Positions 8,662 to 18,240 of a DNA stretch of 64,000 bases are shown piece by piece (the stretch's first letter is position 1; each line of letters begins with the position of its first letter). The notes under the pieces were generated by a model, which had not been told where the DNA came from, made no database searches, and saw only the letters and a program-made list of their open reading frames with translations. Source of the stretch: Bacteroidota bacterium (GTDB lineage: Bacteria; Bacteroidota; Bacteroidia; Bacteroidales; VadinHA17); the NCBI GenBank assembly GCA_018262715.1, contig JADFDS010000011.1, positions 39,760-103,759 on the forward strand. Reading direction: 5' to 3'. The position numbers and the translations under genes are program-made.

Positions 8662-9453
8662 TCAGTCCATCTCCTTTCCGTTTTCGATGAAGTCTGTCAG
8701 ATCACCCAGGAACCTGACCATGGGTGCACCGTCAATGACATCATGATCAACGAGCACAGTCATATTCAAAACTTCCCTGGCCTTTATCTCATTCCCGATG
8801 ACTACGGGCTTCATGAGCACTGACCCGACTCCAAACGAGATGGGGTGAACCGATTTATGAATGAACCACCCGTTGACCTTACCTATCATTCCTACTGATG
8901 TGACAGATACGTTTCCCATCGTTCTGAAGGCTGCTTTCGGCCTTTTTAGCAATACTACCCAGAAGAATCTCCGGAAGAAGCCCGGCATTCGGTAATAAAA
9001 CCTCTCGTATGCTGATGATTTTTTCTTCAGGACTATATCACCACTGCTCAGCTCCCGGCCTTTGGCAGCATCAATTTCCTCCGAGATCTCCGCCGCAGGT
9101 TTTTTGTTCACCTTTTCTATAACAAGGGGTATCGGAACCCTTGCGTCACCTATCTTCTTTTCAACGATAAGAGACACGTTGATGTCATTGAAGATTATGA
9201 TTTTCCTTTTGTTATAGAAATAAGCAGCAGCTTCGGGGTGTTTTGCAATCACACTTCCGATCACTTTTATCAGCCAGGCATTGAATGAGATGCTGATACC
9301 CTTTTTTCTGAGTTCCCTGAGCCCGGACCTGCTTTCGGTGACATCAAACTCAAGCATCGCCGAGATGTGATGCTTCTTCAGGCCAACCCCGAAAATATCA
9401 AAGGTTGCTGTCCGGGACCGGACAATATCCTGAAAATAGTAGTTCCTGGTCAT
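8662..9453 (-). CDS. 2-oxo acid dehydrogenase acyltransferase catalytic-domain protein (E2-like, no lipoyl domain)
   Basis: The C-terminal MTVLVDHDVIDGAPMVRFLGDL carries the DH..DG catalytic motif of E2 and chloramphenicol-acetyltransferase-fold enzymes. At 263 aa it has no lipoyl or E3-binding segment. Confidence 0.7.
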   Translation of the reverse strand: MTRNYYFQDIVRSRTATFDIFGVGLKKHHISAMLEFDVTESRSGLRELRKKGISISFNAWLIKVIGSVIAKHPEAAAYFYNKRKIIIFNDINVSLIVEKKIGDARVPIPLVIEKVNKKPAAEISEEIDAAKGRELSSGDIVLKKKSSAYERFYYRMPGFFRRFFWVVLLKRPKAAFRTMGNVSVTSVGMIGKVNGWFIHKSVHPISFGVGSVLMKPVVIGNEIKAREVLNMTVLVDHDVIDGAPMVRFLGDLTDFIENGKEMD

Positions 9454-9495
9454 GAGATTGTAATACTCTTCCCGGTGAAGATTTTCGGGAGCGTT

Positions 9496-10101
9496 CTAGA
9501 AGATAATCCCGTTATTGTAATACAGTACCGACTGGTCCGAATCTTTTACGACCGCAACCGGGTAATCTGATTTTTCCGGTTTTACAAGCCAGGCCAGAAC
9601 ATAATCCGGAGTTGATCCGCCTGACATTCCGGCAATGTCATAATAGACCAGTTCACAGGTAATGCACCCGTTGGCAACACTTTTACTGTTGCGGAAGAAG
9701 CTGTCCTCATTCATTCTCCCGAGAAAGCGCGATTCAGCCTGCGTGACATCCATGGAGGGTGATGTTCCTGCATCGATGGCGGAAACAATATCTCCCGAGA
9801 GACTCTCGAATCTTCCGTTTTTGTCGAAATGGAAGAACAGGTCGTCGGTCCATACTTTCAGGTCATTGACATACTGGTGGCAGCTGACATAAAACTCACC
9901 CGAGAGGATACACTCGAGACTGTAGAACTGATAGTTCTCATATGAGAGATTGCTTGCCCGGAAGAGTGTTTTAATGGTTTTCAGCTCCGAGTCATCGACC
10001 AGGTGGCCTTCCGGTTTTCCTTTAACCAGTTTCGGGCAATCTGACAGCATTTCGCAGGAAACTGTGAGAACCAGTAAAAGTGGAATTACGATTCTTTTCA
10101 T
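9496..10101 (-). CDS. Hypothetical lipoprotein
   Basis: Signal peptide with lipobox MKRIVIPLLLVLTVSC. I recognised no family. Confidence 0.5.
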   Translation of the reverse strand: MKRIVIPLLLVLTVSCEMLSDCPKLVKGKPEGHLVDDSELKTIKTLFRASNLSYENYQFYSLECILSGEFYVSCHQYVNDLKVWTDDLFFHFDKNGRFESLSGDIVSAIDAGTSPSMDVTQAESRFLGRMNEDSFFRNSKSVANGCITCELVYYDIAGMSGGSTPDYVLAWLVKPEKSDYPVAVVKDSDQSVLYYNNGIIF

Positions 10102-10200
10102 TTCATTAACGGTTAGGGGTCAGTGAGTTTGCCACAATAATTGTACCAGAAAGAAGCAATTGGCGCAGGCAAATGACCATCCGGCAACACAGACCGGAAT

Positions 10201-10773
10201 TCAGACCCTCAGTGAACCGCGGAATCCCCTGACGGCGTAATAAGATGATGCGCCATTATGATAGATAAATACTCGTCCGAAGCGGCGGTCACCGAAGATT
10301 GCTCCGCCGAGCTTCCTTATGTCTGCAGGTGTCTTAATCCAGCTTGATGTTTTTGTGTCGAAATCGCCGAGTGTCTGAAGATGGAGATATTCCTCCTCCG
10401 TGAGGAGTTCGATGCCCATGGCTGCTGCCATGTCTGTGGCGCTGCCGGATGGTTTGAACTCCTTCCTGGAATCAAGTGCTTCACGGTCATAGCAGAGGTT
10501 ACGGCGCTCCTTCGGGGTCTCGGGTGAACAATCATTGAAAACAATCTGACCTGTCGTACTATCACTGGCAACGACATCCGGCTCGCCGCCGGTGCGTTCC
10601 ATCTCAAAAAGCGACCGGAGTTTCAGCCGGTTGGATTCCAGCTTTTGCTGCACTGTTTCCCACTCAATTCCCTTATGGCGCGCAGGATTCTTCATGAATC
10701 GGGTCCTGAGCAGCGTGAGCAGCTGCTGCAGTTCTTGGGGCGCCGGTTCCTTATGTTTGCCGGTTTCTGACAT
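10201..10773 (-). CDS. DUF4256 domain-containing protein
   Basis: FEMERTGGEPDVV ... NLCYDREALDSRKEFKP ... GGAIFGDRRFGRVFIYHNGASSYYA matches my memory of DUF4256. Length 190 aa. Confidence 0.6.
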   Translation of the reverse strand: MSETGKHKEPAPQELQQLLTLLRTRFMKNPARHKGIEWETVQQKLESNRLKLRSLFEMERTGGEPDVVASDSTTGQIVFNDCSPETPKERRNLCYDREALDSRKEFKPSGSATDMAAAMGIELLTEEEYLHLQTLGDFDTKTSSWIKTPADIRKLGGAIFGDRRFGRVFIYHNGASSYYAVRGFRGSLRV

Positions 10774-10836
10774 GTTTTCCGCTCACCGCCTGGTGATTAT
10801 GGTTCCGGATCATATAACAACCGGCAGGGGATTTTG

Positions 10837-11685
10837 TTATTGCTGCGGGAAGTATGACTCTTTTGCGTAAACCCTGACATAGTCTATGTCATGGTACTGA
10901 GGAAAGACCGTTGTAGAGTCAGGATTTCCCGGCCAGCCTCCGCCAACGGCGGTGTTAAGTATCAGGTAATGTGGCTTATGGGGAATGCCGCTGGCAGTTG
11001 CGTGTATCCGGTTGCCGTCGATGAACCAGCGGATGGAGTCGGGCTCCCATTCAAGCACATAGGTGTGAAAATCCTTTGTATAGTCAACGGTGCCCCTCCA
11101 TGTTCCGGAGCTTGATCTCCTGGTGCCGTCAAATGCACAGTAGTGGATTGTGCCGTACAGGACAGAGGGTTCATGGCCGAGGAATTCCATGATATCTATC
11201 TCCGTATACCAGGGTCTCTCTTCCGGGATGAGTCGTTCCTTTCCGGCGGCAACGGCATCTTCCATGGTCTTTTCCATTAGCCAGTCGCGCTCCTGTGGGT
11301 AGAGCCAGTGAGCAGGCCAGAGGCCCTGTCCGCCAGGGAGTTTGGCGCGTATCTCGAAGCGACCGTAGACAGGGGCAAATTTACCTTCCGTATCCAGCCT
11401 GCCGCTGGTGTACTCCTTTGAGCCGTACCTGCGCACCCGGCTCCGGATCCTCAGGATGCCGTTCTCAACGTAAACCTCGTCAGGCACATAGTATTGCAGT
11501 TCGTTGTGCTTGCTGGTCTCCCGTATCAGTACGTTCCATTTCGAGGTGTCAGGGCGCGTTCCGTTGAACTCATCCTGCCAGACAAGTTGCCAGTCGTTCT
11601 GATGCTTAACCTGTTTCTGGCCTTTAATTGCTCCTGCGCATAACGCGAAAGCCACAAGAATCGCGAAAAAAGTACTTTTCTTCAT
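10837..11685 (-). CDS. Glycoside hydrolase family 16 (laminarinase / beta-glucanase-like), exported
   Basis: Signal peptide; WQLVWQDEFNG; the catalytic block YTEIDIMEFLG (the E-x-D-x-x-E region of GH16); and the C-terminal DYVRVY. Confidence 0.85.
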   Translation of the reverse strand: MKKSTFFAILVAFALCAGAIKGQKQVKHQNDWQLVWQDEFNGTRPDTSKWNVLIRETSKHNELQYYVPDEVYVENGILRIRSRVRRYGSKEYTSGRLDTEGKFAPVYGRFEIRAKLPGGQGLWPAHWLYPQERDWLMEKTMEDAVAAGKERLIPEERPWYTEIDIMEFLGHEPSVLYGTIHYCAFDGTRRSSSGTWRGTVDYTKDFHTYVLEWEPDSIRWFIDGNRIHATASGIPHKPHYLILNTAVGGGWPGNPDSTTVFPQYHDIDYVRVYAKESYFPQQ

Positions 11686-13409
11686 ATTTTCACAAACTTC
11701 AATCCCATATAACTGAAACTTCTGCCGTCAGGCCCGAAGATCACACTCTCGCCTCCTCCGCGGCCATAGCCGAGCACGAAGGCTTCATTGTCGTTCACCA
11801 GGTTCAGTGCAACCGAGGCATTCTGCCCGAAACTCATTTCCGGGCTGAATCCGTACCTGAGAACGACAAAGCTGTCTTCAACCGAGATGCTCATTTTTTC
11901 TATCGTAGGGGCATCGCCGGGAGCGGCATTTGAAACGACATAATCACCGGCCCTGTTTTTCCAGGTCTCCGAAACAGGTTCCGGGGTCACCCGGGTACCG
12001 ATGATATTCAACCCTCCCCATGGCATCACCTGTATGAAGTGCTTTTCTCCGTTTATCTCCTCGAGGAGGAAATACATCCGTTTCGATTTGAACAACATCC
12101 CCAAAAACCACTTTGCGGGTATGAAGGAACCGGAGTCGTGCTGAGCCAGGTAAAAGTTCTGTCCGTCGATTGTCGGGGAAAGCAGGTTGTGTTTCCAATC
12201 GATCCTGCACACCAGTCCGGGCATGGCATAGTTGCCCGCAAATGACTGCAGGTTCTTGCTGCTTACCGGTGTGAACAGCATTTTCTTTTCACGGTTAAAT
12301 CTCCTGTCGGGAGTGATACCTGCCGACCTGCAATATTCAACCATGAGCTGTTCGTCAAGTCTCCAGGCATTATCCTTTCCGTTCGGGGAATCAGAGAGGA
12401 GGACGCAGGCCAGGCCTGCATCAGGGGCTATTGTGAGCTGTGCACGGTGGTACATGGTGGCACCGCCGTGTTCGAGCAGCCTCCCGAGTTCCGGTGCTTT
12501 GTTCTTGAAGTTAAAGCAGAGGGCCGACCTGTGGTCAAGGTCCAGGAGGTTGTCAGCGTTCTGCAGCTCAAACATCTGATCCAGGAACTCCTTTCTCAGC
12601 AGTATCTCTTTCCCGTCGATAAACGCACGTCCGAACCTGATCATGTCGGTTACCGTTGAATATATGGCGCCTGCCGGTTTATCGCATATGGGCAGTTCGG
12701 TTGTCAGGTTACCTTTGCCATCGTATGCTGCGGAAAGACTTTTCTGCGAACCATAATCAGAATAGAGACCGGATGAATTCATCCCAAGAGGTTCAAAGAT
12801 GTGCCGGGCGATGTATTCCCCGTACCTCATGCCGCTTACACGCTCAATAACCACACCCAGCAATGCATAACCCAGATTTGAATAGGCCCATATTTCTCCG
12901 ACCGGGTAACAGGTGTACAGGGTGTTGAGGTAACCGGGAAGGTCAATGAAGTCATTCGGCATTTTGCTGAATTTATGAAGGTAGTTGTCGGAGGGGATTC
13001 CCGCATGATGGGTCATAACAGCCCGCAGTGTAATGGGAGCTGATTCAGGGAACCGCTGCCGTATCTGAAAATCCGGGACATAATCCGAGACAGGCCTGTC
13101 AATGTCGATTTTCCCCTCCTGGTACAGTTGCATGATGGCAACGGCGGTGAAGACCTTTGTGACGGACCCGATCAGGAATGGTGAGTCGCCGTCGGTTCCG
13201 GTTCCGGCGGCGCTGAAGCTGTCCTGCAGTATTACCGAGTCAGTGCAGAAGACCGCATATGAAGCATTCGACACATGCAGGCCGGCCAGTTCTGCCCTGA
13301 AATCAGCGTTGAAGGTTTCGATAAAATTCCCTGAGTCCCGGCGTTCTGAACATGCAATACAGATCAGGCAAAACAACCAGGTTAAAAGACTTTCAGGAAT
13401 TGTCTTCAT
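11682..13409 (-). CDS. Serine hydrolase (class C beta-lactamase / DD-peptidase fold) with a C-terminal extension
   Basis: S-x-x-K motif GSVTKVFTA, YSNLGY (Y-x-N) and HGG. 575 aa, exported. The stop overlaps the GH16 start (ATGA). Confidence 0.8.
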   Translation of the reverse strand: MKTIPESLLTWLFCLICIACSERRDSGNFIETFNADFRAELAGLHVSNASYAVFCTDSVILQDSFSAAGTGTDGDSPFLIGSVTKVFTAVAIMQLYQEGKIDIDRPVSDYVPDFQIRQRFPESAPITLRAVMTHHAGIPSDNYLHKFSKMPNDFIDLPGYLNTLYTCYPVGEIWAYSNLGYALLGVVIERVSGMRYGEYIARHIFEPLGMNSSGLYSDYGSQKSLSAAYDGKGNLTTELPICDKPAGAIYSTVTDMIRFGRAFIDGKEILLRKEFLDQMFELQNADNLLDLDHRSALCFNFKNKAPELGRLLEHGGATMYHRAQLTIAPDAGLACVLLSDSPNGKDNAWRLDEQLMVEYCRSAGITPDRRFNREKKMLFTPVSSKNLQSFAGNYAMPGLVCRIDWKHNLLSPTIDGQNFYLAQHDSGSFIPAKWFLGMLFKSKRMYFLLEEINGEKHFIQVMPWGGLNIIGTRVTPEPVSETWKNRAGDYVVSNAAPGDAPTIEKMSISVEDSFVVLRYGFSPEMSFGQNASVALNLVNDNEAFVLGYGRGGGESVIFGPDGRSFSYMGLKFVKI

Positions 13410-13525
13410 GGTTTTTCTTATTATCCGGGAAAGAGGCCAGAATGATAGTAAAGTTACCTACATCATTGATATTTGCAACTTACCGCGGGGCACCGGATCA
13501 GATTTTTTTTCGAACCAATCCGCCA

Positions 13526-13533
13526 TATCTTTG
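13526..13533 (+). promoter_or_regulatory. Candidate -7 box (TATCTTTG) for the DUF302 gene
   Basis: It fits TAnnTTTG and lies 44 nt upstream of the ATG at 13577. Confidence 0.35.
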
Positions 13534-13576
13534 TTTACTGTTTGTTAAACCGGATTGAAAAGCAAAACCGAAGACA

Positions 13577-13963
13577 ATGGCATATTATTACTCCAAAACG
13601 CTCAGGACATCATTTGATGATGCAGTAGAAAAGGTTACCGCCTCTCTTTCCGCCGAGGGATTCGGTGTGATATCTGAAGTCGATCTGCATGAGAAGATCA
13701 AGTACAAGCTCGGGGTCGATTTCAAGCGCTACCGTATCCTCGGGGCATGCAACCCGGCCTTTTCCTACAGGGCCCTGCAGGCCGAAGACAAGATCGGGGT
13801 GATGCTTCCATGCAATGTGCTTGTAATAGAGCAGGGCGAAGGCGAAACGGAGATAGCTGCAGTTAATCCCTCAGAGGCGATGTCAGTTGTCCGGAACGAG
13901 GCAGTAAATCAGGTTGCTGCGGAGGTAGATGAAAAACTTAGGAAGGCGCTGGACAGCCTTTAG
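13577..13963 (+). CDS. DUF302 domain-containing protein
   Basis: SFDDAVEKVTASLSAEGFGVISEVDLHEKIKYKLGVDFKRYRILGACNP ... MLPCNVLV is a typical DUF302 pattern. Confidence 0.8.
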   Translation: MAYYYSKTLRTSFDDAVEKVTASLSAEGFGVISEVDLHEKIKYKLGVDFKRYRILGACNPAFSYRALQAEDKIGVMLPCNVLVIEQGEGETEIAAVNPSEAMSVVRNEAVNQVAAEVDEKLRKALDSL

Positions 13964-13994
13964 CGGGCATCCGGCCAGCCGGCAAAGGCTCTGA

Positions 13995-14534
13995 TCATTT
14001 ATATCCGTCGAGTATCCGGGCATACCGGTACTCATCGCAGATTTTCCCGTTCTTTATCACGGCAGCCTTCAGCACCGCTTCCAGGGTAAAGCCGCATTTC
14101 TCCAGCACACGCTGCGAAGCGGTGTTGAATGAAAACACCCCTGAAAATATCTTGATGACATCCAGTTCGCGGAAGCCGTATTCGCAGATGAGGTTCACTG
14201 CCCGTGGAGTTATTCCCTTATGCCAGTAAGGCTCTCCTATGAAATAGCCGAGTTCGGCCGTCTTGCGATAAACGTCACCCTGCCTGTGCAGGCCGATGTT
14301 CCCCACATATTCCCCCTCAAATTCAATGGCAAATATCCCGTATGGCACCTGCCTGAGACACATCGAGATGAATTTCTGAGCATCTTCCAGGGTATAGGGC
14401 GAGGGGAATGCATCCCTCAGGTTGGCAGCCACCTTTTCATTGTTGGCTATCTCTGCCATGCGGAATTTGTCACTCCGCCTGAATTTGCGGATTGTGACCA
14501 CTCCGTCGGTAAATCTCAGTGGTTTTGAACTCAT
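13995..14534 (-). CDS. GNAT family N-acetyltransferase (RimJ/RimL-like)
   Basis: 179 aa. LGYFIGEPYWHKGITPRAV and RVLEKCGF are typical GNAT motif A/B segments. Confidence 0.8.
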   Translation of the reverse strand: MSSKPLRFTDGVVTIRKFRRSDKFRMAEIANNEKVAANLRDAFPSPYTLEDAQKFISMCLRQVPYGIFAIEFEGEYVGNIGLHRQGDVYRKTAELGYFIGEPYWHKGITPRAVNLICEYGFRELDVIKIFSGVFSFNTASQRVLEKCGFTLEAVLKAAVIKNGKICDEYRYARILDGYK

Positions 14535-14586
14535 TGCTGTATGACCGGGTTAGGACCCATAAAGGTATTAAATTGAGTAATATTGC

Positions 14587-16821
14587 ATGATGAAAAAAGC
14601 ACTCGCCTGCATACTGCTTCTGCTGACAGTTGTTACAGGCAGCCGGTCACAGCCCTCATTACCGGATAACGGGCAACTGTTCACTGACACTGTGGTCCCC
14701 GTGGTATACATAACCATCAATCCGGACACACTGGCATGGCTTTATGCCAATCCGTACAGTGACAGGGAGTTCAGGTCAGTATTTGTCTTTGACAACGGCA
14801 CTGTGCGTGATACCATTGATCCGGCAGGTTTCAGGCTTCGCGGGAACACCTCGCGTGACTCAAAGAAAAAGTCGTTCAAGGTCTCCTTCAACACCTTCAC
14901 CGATGGCGGCAAGTACCACGGTGTGGAGAAGATGAACCTCAATGGCGAACACAATGATCCCTCTGTTATGCGCTCGAAAATAATGTGGGACATCCTCCGC
15001 AAATGGGATGTTCCCGCCCCGCGGGCAAACCATGTCAGGGTTTACATAAACGGGAACTATTACGGACTTTACATCAATGTGGAGCACATTGACGAGGAGT
15101 TTGCGCTTTCAAGGTTCGGGAATAAGGACGGGAATCTCTACAAGTGCCTCTACCCGGCAGACCTGAACTACAGGGGTGATGACCCTGACAGTTACAGGAT
15201 ATGGAACGGCTCCCGCTGGATCTATGAGCTCAATACCAACGAGGAAGAAAATGACTTTTCAGACCTCGCCGGGTTCATCGGAATTTTGCACAACACTGGC
15301 AATGAGGCTCTCCTGTGCGAGCTCGACAGGGTCTTCAACGTCCAGGACTACCTGAAAATCATGGCCGTGCAGATTTTATGCGGCGACTGGGACGGATACA
15401 TCTACAACAAGAACAACTTTTACCTCTATCACAACACCCTGACAGGCAGGCTGGAATATATTCCCTATGACGTTGACAATACCTTCGGAATAGACTGGTT
15501 CGGGATTGACTGGGCCACGCGGAATATGTACGGCTGGCAGCCGGGAGGCGACCAGCAAAGGCCGCTGTACGACAGGATAATCAATAATCCGGTTTTGCGT
15601 GAGCAATTCAGCTTCTATGCAGCCCGGCTTGTCGGCGGTGTGCTGGACCTGGACTCCCTGATACAGTCTGTTGATGCCAGGAAGGAAATGATCTCACCAT
15701 ATATTGCCAATGATCCTTATTATCCCCGGGACTACGGATTTGACCACAGCGACTTCCTGAATTCTTTTACTTCAGCCTTTGGCGCCCACGTCAAATGGGG
15801 CATTTATCCTTACCTTCAGGTGAGATTGGCCTCGATGGCTTCTCAGGCTGAAGAGGCTGATCCTGATCCTGTAATAAAATACATCGCACATGACCGGAAG
15901 GCGGGAGAGCCGCTGTATATCAGCTGTACCGTCGAGGCAATCTCAGCCTCCGCTGCCGTGAAGCTTATCTATACTGTCGCCGGAGGCACTTCCCTTGAAG
16001 CAGAGATGAGCACTTCCGGCAGCGGAAGATACAGCGTCACCCTCACCGGAATTCCTGATGAGGATGAGGTGGCTTACCGGGTGCAGGCCACAGGGGGAGA
16101 CGGGGAGATGTCCCTGTTGCCGTGTGTCGCCGCACTTGCAGCTCCTGTTGGCGGTGAAACACCACTGCTGTTTATCAATGAGTTCATGGCAGACAACGAG
16201 ATGACTGTGGCAGATGAGCACGGATACTACAGCGACTGGATCGAAATATACAATGGCGGTAATGAAGCTGTTGATCTCGGTGAAATTTGCCTGACAGACA
16301 ATTTCAATGACCCGCTGAAATGGAGGATGCCCTCTGTAGTGCTTCCTGCCGGAGGCTTTACGATCTTCTGGGCTGATGGGATCCCCGGGCTGGGAGAGAA
16401 GCATGCGCCATTTAAACTTGACAAGGAAGGGGAGGAGATAGGCATATATACGCTTAATAAACTTATGGTTGACACTGTCTCTTTCGGCCTTCAGCAGGAG
16501 GATATCAGCACCGGCAGGAAGAGTGACGGGGCTGAGGAGATTGTTTTTCTTGCCACGGCCACTCCCGGAAGGTCCAATAACATCACCTCTGCCGGTAGCA
16601 CTTATGCAGACATGGGAGTGAAAATCTATCCCAATCCTGTCATTGGAGAAACTTTATGGTTAAGTGAAGCTGCCGACTGCAGGATTTACAGCATTACAGG
16701 CGTCATGCTGTTCTCGGGAACTGATATGACGGAGATCGACGTGAGCGTATTCCCGGCAGGCATTTATATACTTGTGACCGGTGACGGGAGGGCTGTCAGG
16801 TTTGTCAGGGCCGGAAGGTGA
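14587..16821 (+). CDS. CotH kinase-family protein with a lamin-tail (LTD) domain and a T9SS type A C-terminal sorting domain
   Basis: CotH-like core (FRLRGNTSRDSKKKSFKV, MNLNGEHNDPSVMR, YKCLYPADLNY, NFYLYHN); LTD-like LLFINEFMADNE...SDWIEIYN; and the C-terminal VKIYPNPV...IYSITG...GIYIL typical of Por secretion tails. Confidence 0.8.
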   Translation: MMKKALACILLLLTVVTGSRSQPSLPDNGQLFTDTVVPVVYITINPDTLAWLYANPYSDREFRSVFVFDNGTVRDTIDPAGFRLRGNTSRDSKKKSFKVSFNTFTDGGKYHGVEKMNLNGEHNDPSVMRSKIMWDILRKWDVPAPRANHVRVYINGNYYGLYINVEHIDEEFALSRFGNKDGNLYKCLYPADLNYRGDDPDSYRIWNGSRWIYELNTNEEENDFSDLAGFIGILHNTGNEALLCELDRVFNVQDYLKIMAVQILCGDWDGYIYNKNNFYLYHNTLTGRLEYIPYDVDNTFGIDWFGIDWATRNMYGWQPGGDQQRPLYDRIINNPVLREQFSFYAARLVGGVLDLDSLIQSVDARKEMISPYIANDPYYPRDYGFDHSDFLNSFTSAFGAHVKWGIYPYLQVRLASMASQAEEADPDPVIKYIAHDRKAGEPLYISCTVEAISASAAVKLIYTVAGGTSLEAEMSTSGSGRYSVTLTGIPDEDEVAYRVQATGGDGEMSLLPCVAALAAPVGGETPLLFINEFMADNEMTVADEHGYYSDWIEIYNGGNEAVDLGEICLTDNFNDPLKWRMPSVVLPAGGFTIFWADGIPGLGEKHAPFKLDKEGEEIGIYTLNKLMVDTVSFGLQQEDISTGRKSDGAEEIVFLATATPGRSNNITSAGSTYADMGVKIYPNPVIGETLWLSEAADCRIYSITGVMLFSGTDMTEIDVSVFPAGIYILVTGDGRAVRFVRAGR

Positions 16822-16883
16822 GACACCCTGTTCTGCAATGAAGGAATGCAGCATAAAGAATTCTGCCGGCTGACTACGCAAAT

Positions 16884-16916
16884 AAAAAACCCCCCGGGAT
16901 GCCGGAGGGTTTCTTG
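16884..16916. terminator. Bidirectional rho-independent terminator between the convergent CotH and S8 protease genes
   Basis: CCCCCCGG gatg CCGGAGGG is an 8-bp stem with one mismatch. It is flanked by an A run on one side and TTTCTT on the other; read on the minus strand it is followed by TTTTTTATTT. Confidence 0.7.
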
Positions 16917-16930
16917 TGTGCAGCTGAGGA

Positions 16931-18109
16931 TTAATTGTGTATGATCGGGTCAGCGTCGCCGTCCGGGTCGTTCTTCACATAACCGGAGGTTTTCGGATTT
17001 CCGTTGGTGACCAGCAGTACTCCGCAGGCATGCGGTGCAGCCATTGAGGTACCGCTCATGGTTGTATAACCGCCACCCTTATATGTTGAGTAAATGTTTA
17101 CTCCCGGGGCGCAATAGTCAATCGGAGGATTACCGTAATTTGAGAAGTAAGCCCAGACATCTTTGCTATCACAGGCAGAAGTTGTATAAATGTTTACCCC
17201 GTTAGCCCTGGCAGGTGAGTGATTGTTGGCATTATCGCTCTCATTACCAGCAGCCAGGGCAACGCGGATACCAGCGGCTGCCATATTTATAACAGCCAGA
17301 TCAATAGGTTCATAGGCTCCGCCACCAAGGCTCATATTGGCAACATCTCCGGGTGTGGCGGCTCCGGCCACGTAATTAACGCCTGCTATGATTACCGAAT
17401 ATGCTCCCGAGCCACGTCTGTCAAGCACTTTTACCGGCACTACGGTAGCACCTGCAGCAACGCCGACAACTCCAATAGTGTTATTTTTTGCAGCAACAAT
17501 ACCTGCACAATGAGAACCATGACCATTATCGTCATCAGGGGTTTTGAGGGTTGAAATGAAGTTCCTGCCACTGCCTCCGTCCACATTAAGGTCAGGATGA
17601 TCCAGGTCAATCCCGGTATCAATTATCCATGCTTTTGCCGATCCGGTATAATTAACCGGTCCGCCAACCCTTGTTATCCCGGGCGGGGTCGCCTGTGCAG
17701 CCGGTGGGGTTGGGGTCGTCCCTGGTTTTGCAAGGGTAAACATCTGATCAGGCCAGATGCCCTTTACGTTTGGGTTCTTTTCAAGAGCAGCAACCTCTGA
17801 ATCGCTGAGGTTAACGGCAAATCCCTGAATTGCTTTTGAATATACCTGCAGTGGCTCACGGTCATAGATTCCCGCTTTTGCAAGGATGTCTTTGGTCAAG
17901 GCAGTCATTGCCAGCTGGGCATCATCATAACTCATGGTGCCTGACTTGACATAGCCGAATTCACCCTTCAGCAAAACGACATACTGACCAGGGATTACCT
18001 CGAGAGAGGTATTAATGTAATCATCCTCCTGAATGAAGGGTTCGGGTGTTCTCTCACACGCTCCGAGCAGCAATGCAACTGCCGCAGCGCACAGTAGAAT
18101 TTTTTTCAT
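16931..18109 (-). CDS. S8 family (subtilisin-like) serine peptidase lipoprotein with an I9-type propeptide
   Basis: Lipobox LLLGAC and the catalytic triad motifs DTGIDLDHPDL, HGSHCAGIVAA and SGTSMAAPHACG. The N-terminal inhibitor-I9-like segment is YVVLLK...GFAVNLSDSEVAAL. Confidence 0.9.
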   Translation of the reverse strand: MKKILLCAAAVALLLGACERTPEPFIQEDDYINTSLEVIPGQYVVLLKGEFGYVKSGTMSYDDAQLAMTALTKDILAKAGIYDREPLQVYSKAIQGFAVNLSDSEVAALEKNPNVKGIWPDQMFTLAKPGTTPTPPAAQATPPGITRVGGPVNYTGSAKAWIIDTGIDLDHPDLNVDGGSGRNFISTLKTPDDDNGHGSHCAGIVAAKNNTIGVVGVAAGATVVPVKVLDRRGSGAYSVIIAGVNYVAGAATPGDVANMSLGGGAYEPIDLAVINMAAAGIRVALAAGNESDNANNHSPARANGVNIYTTSACDSKDVWAYFSNYGNPPIDYCAPGVNIYSTYKGGGYTTMSGTSMAAPHACGVLLVTNGNPKTSGYVKNDPDGDADPIIHN

Positions 18110-18240
18110 TTGAACAGGTTTAGGTTAAACTTGGGATTAACTCACACCTAAAATTACCTGAAATATCTCTTCGGCGTACTCCCTGTTTTATGTTTTTTTA
18201 ACAATTTTCTTTTAGCCTGTTCATAAAATTCAAATGTAGT

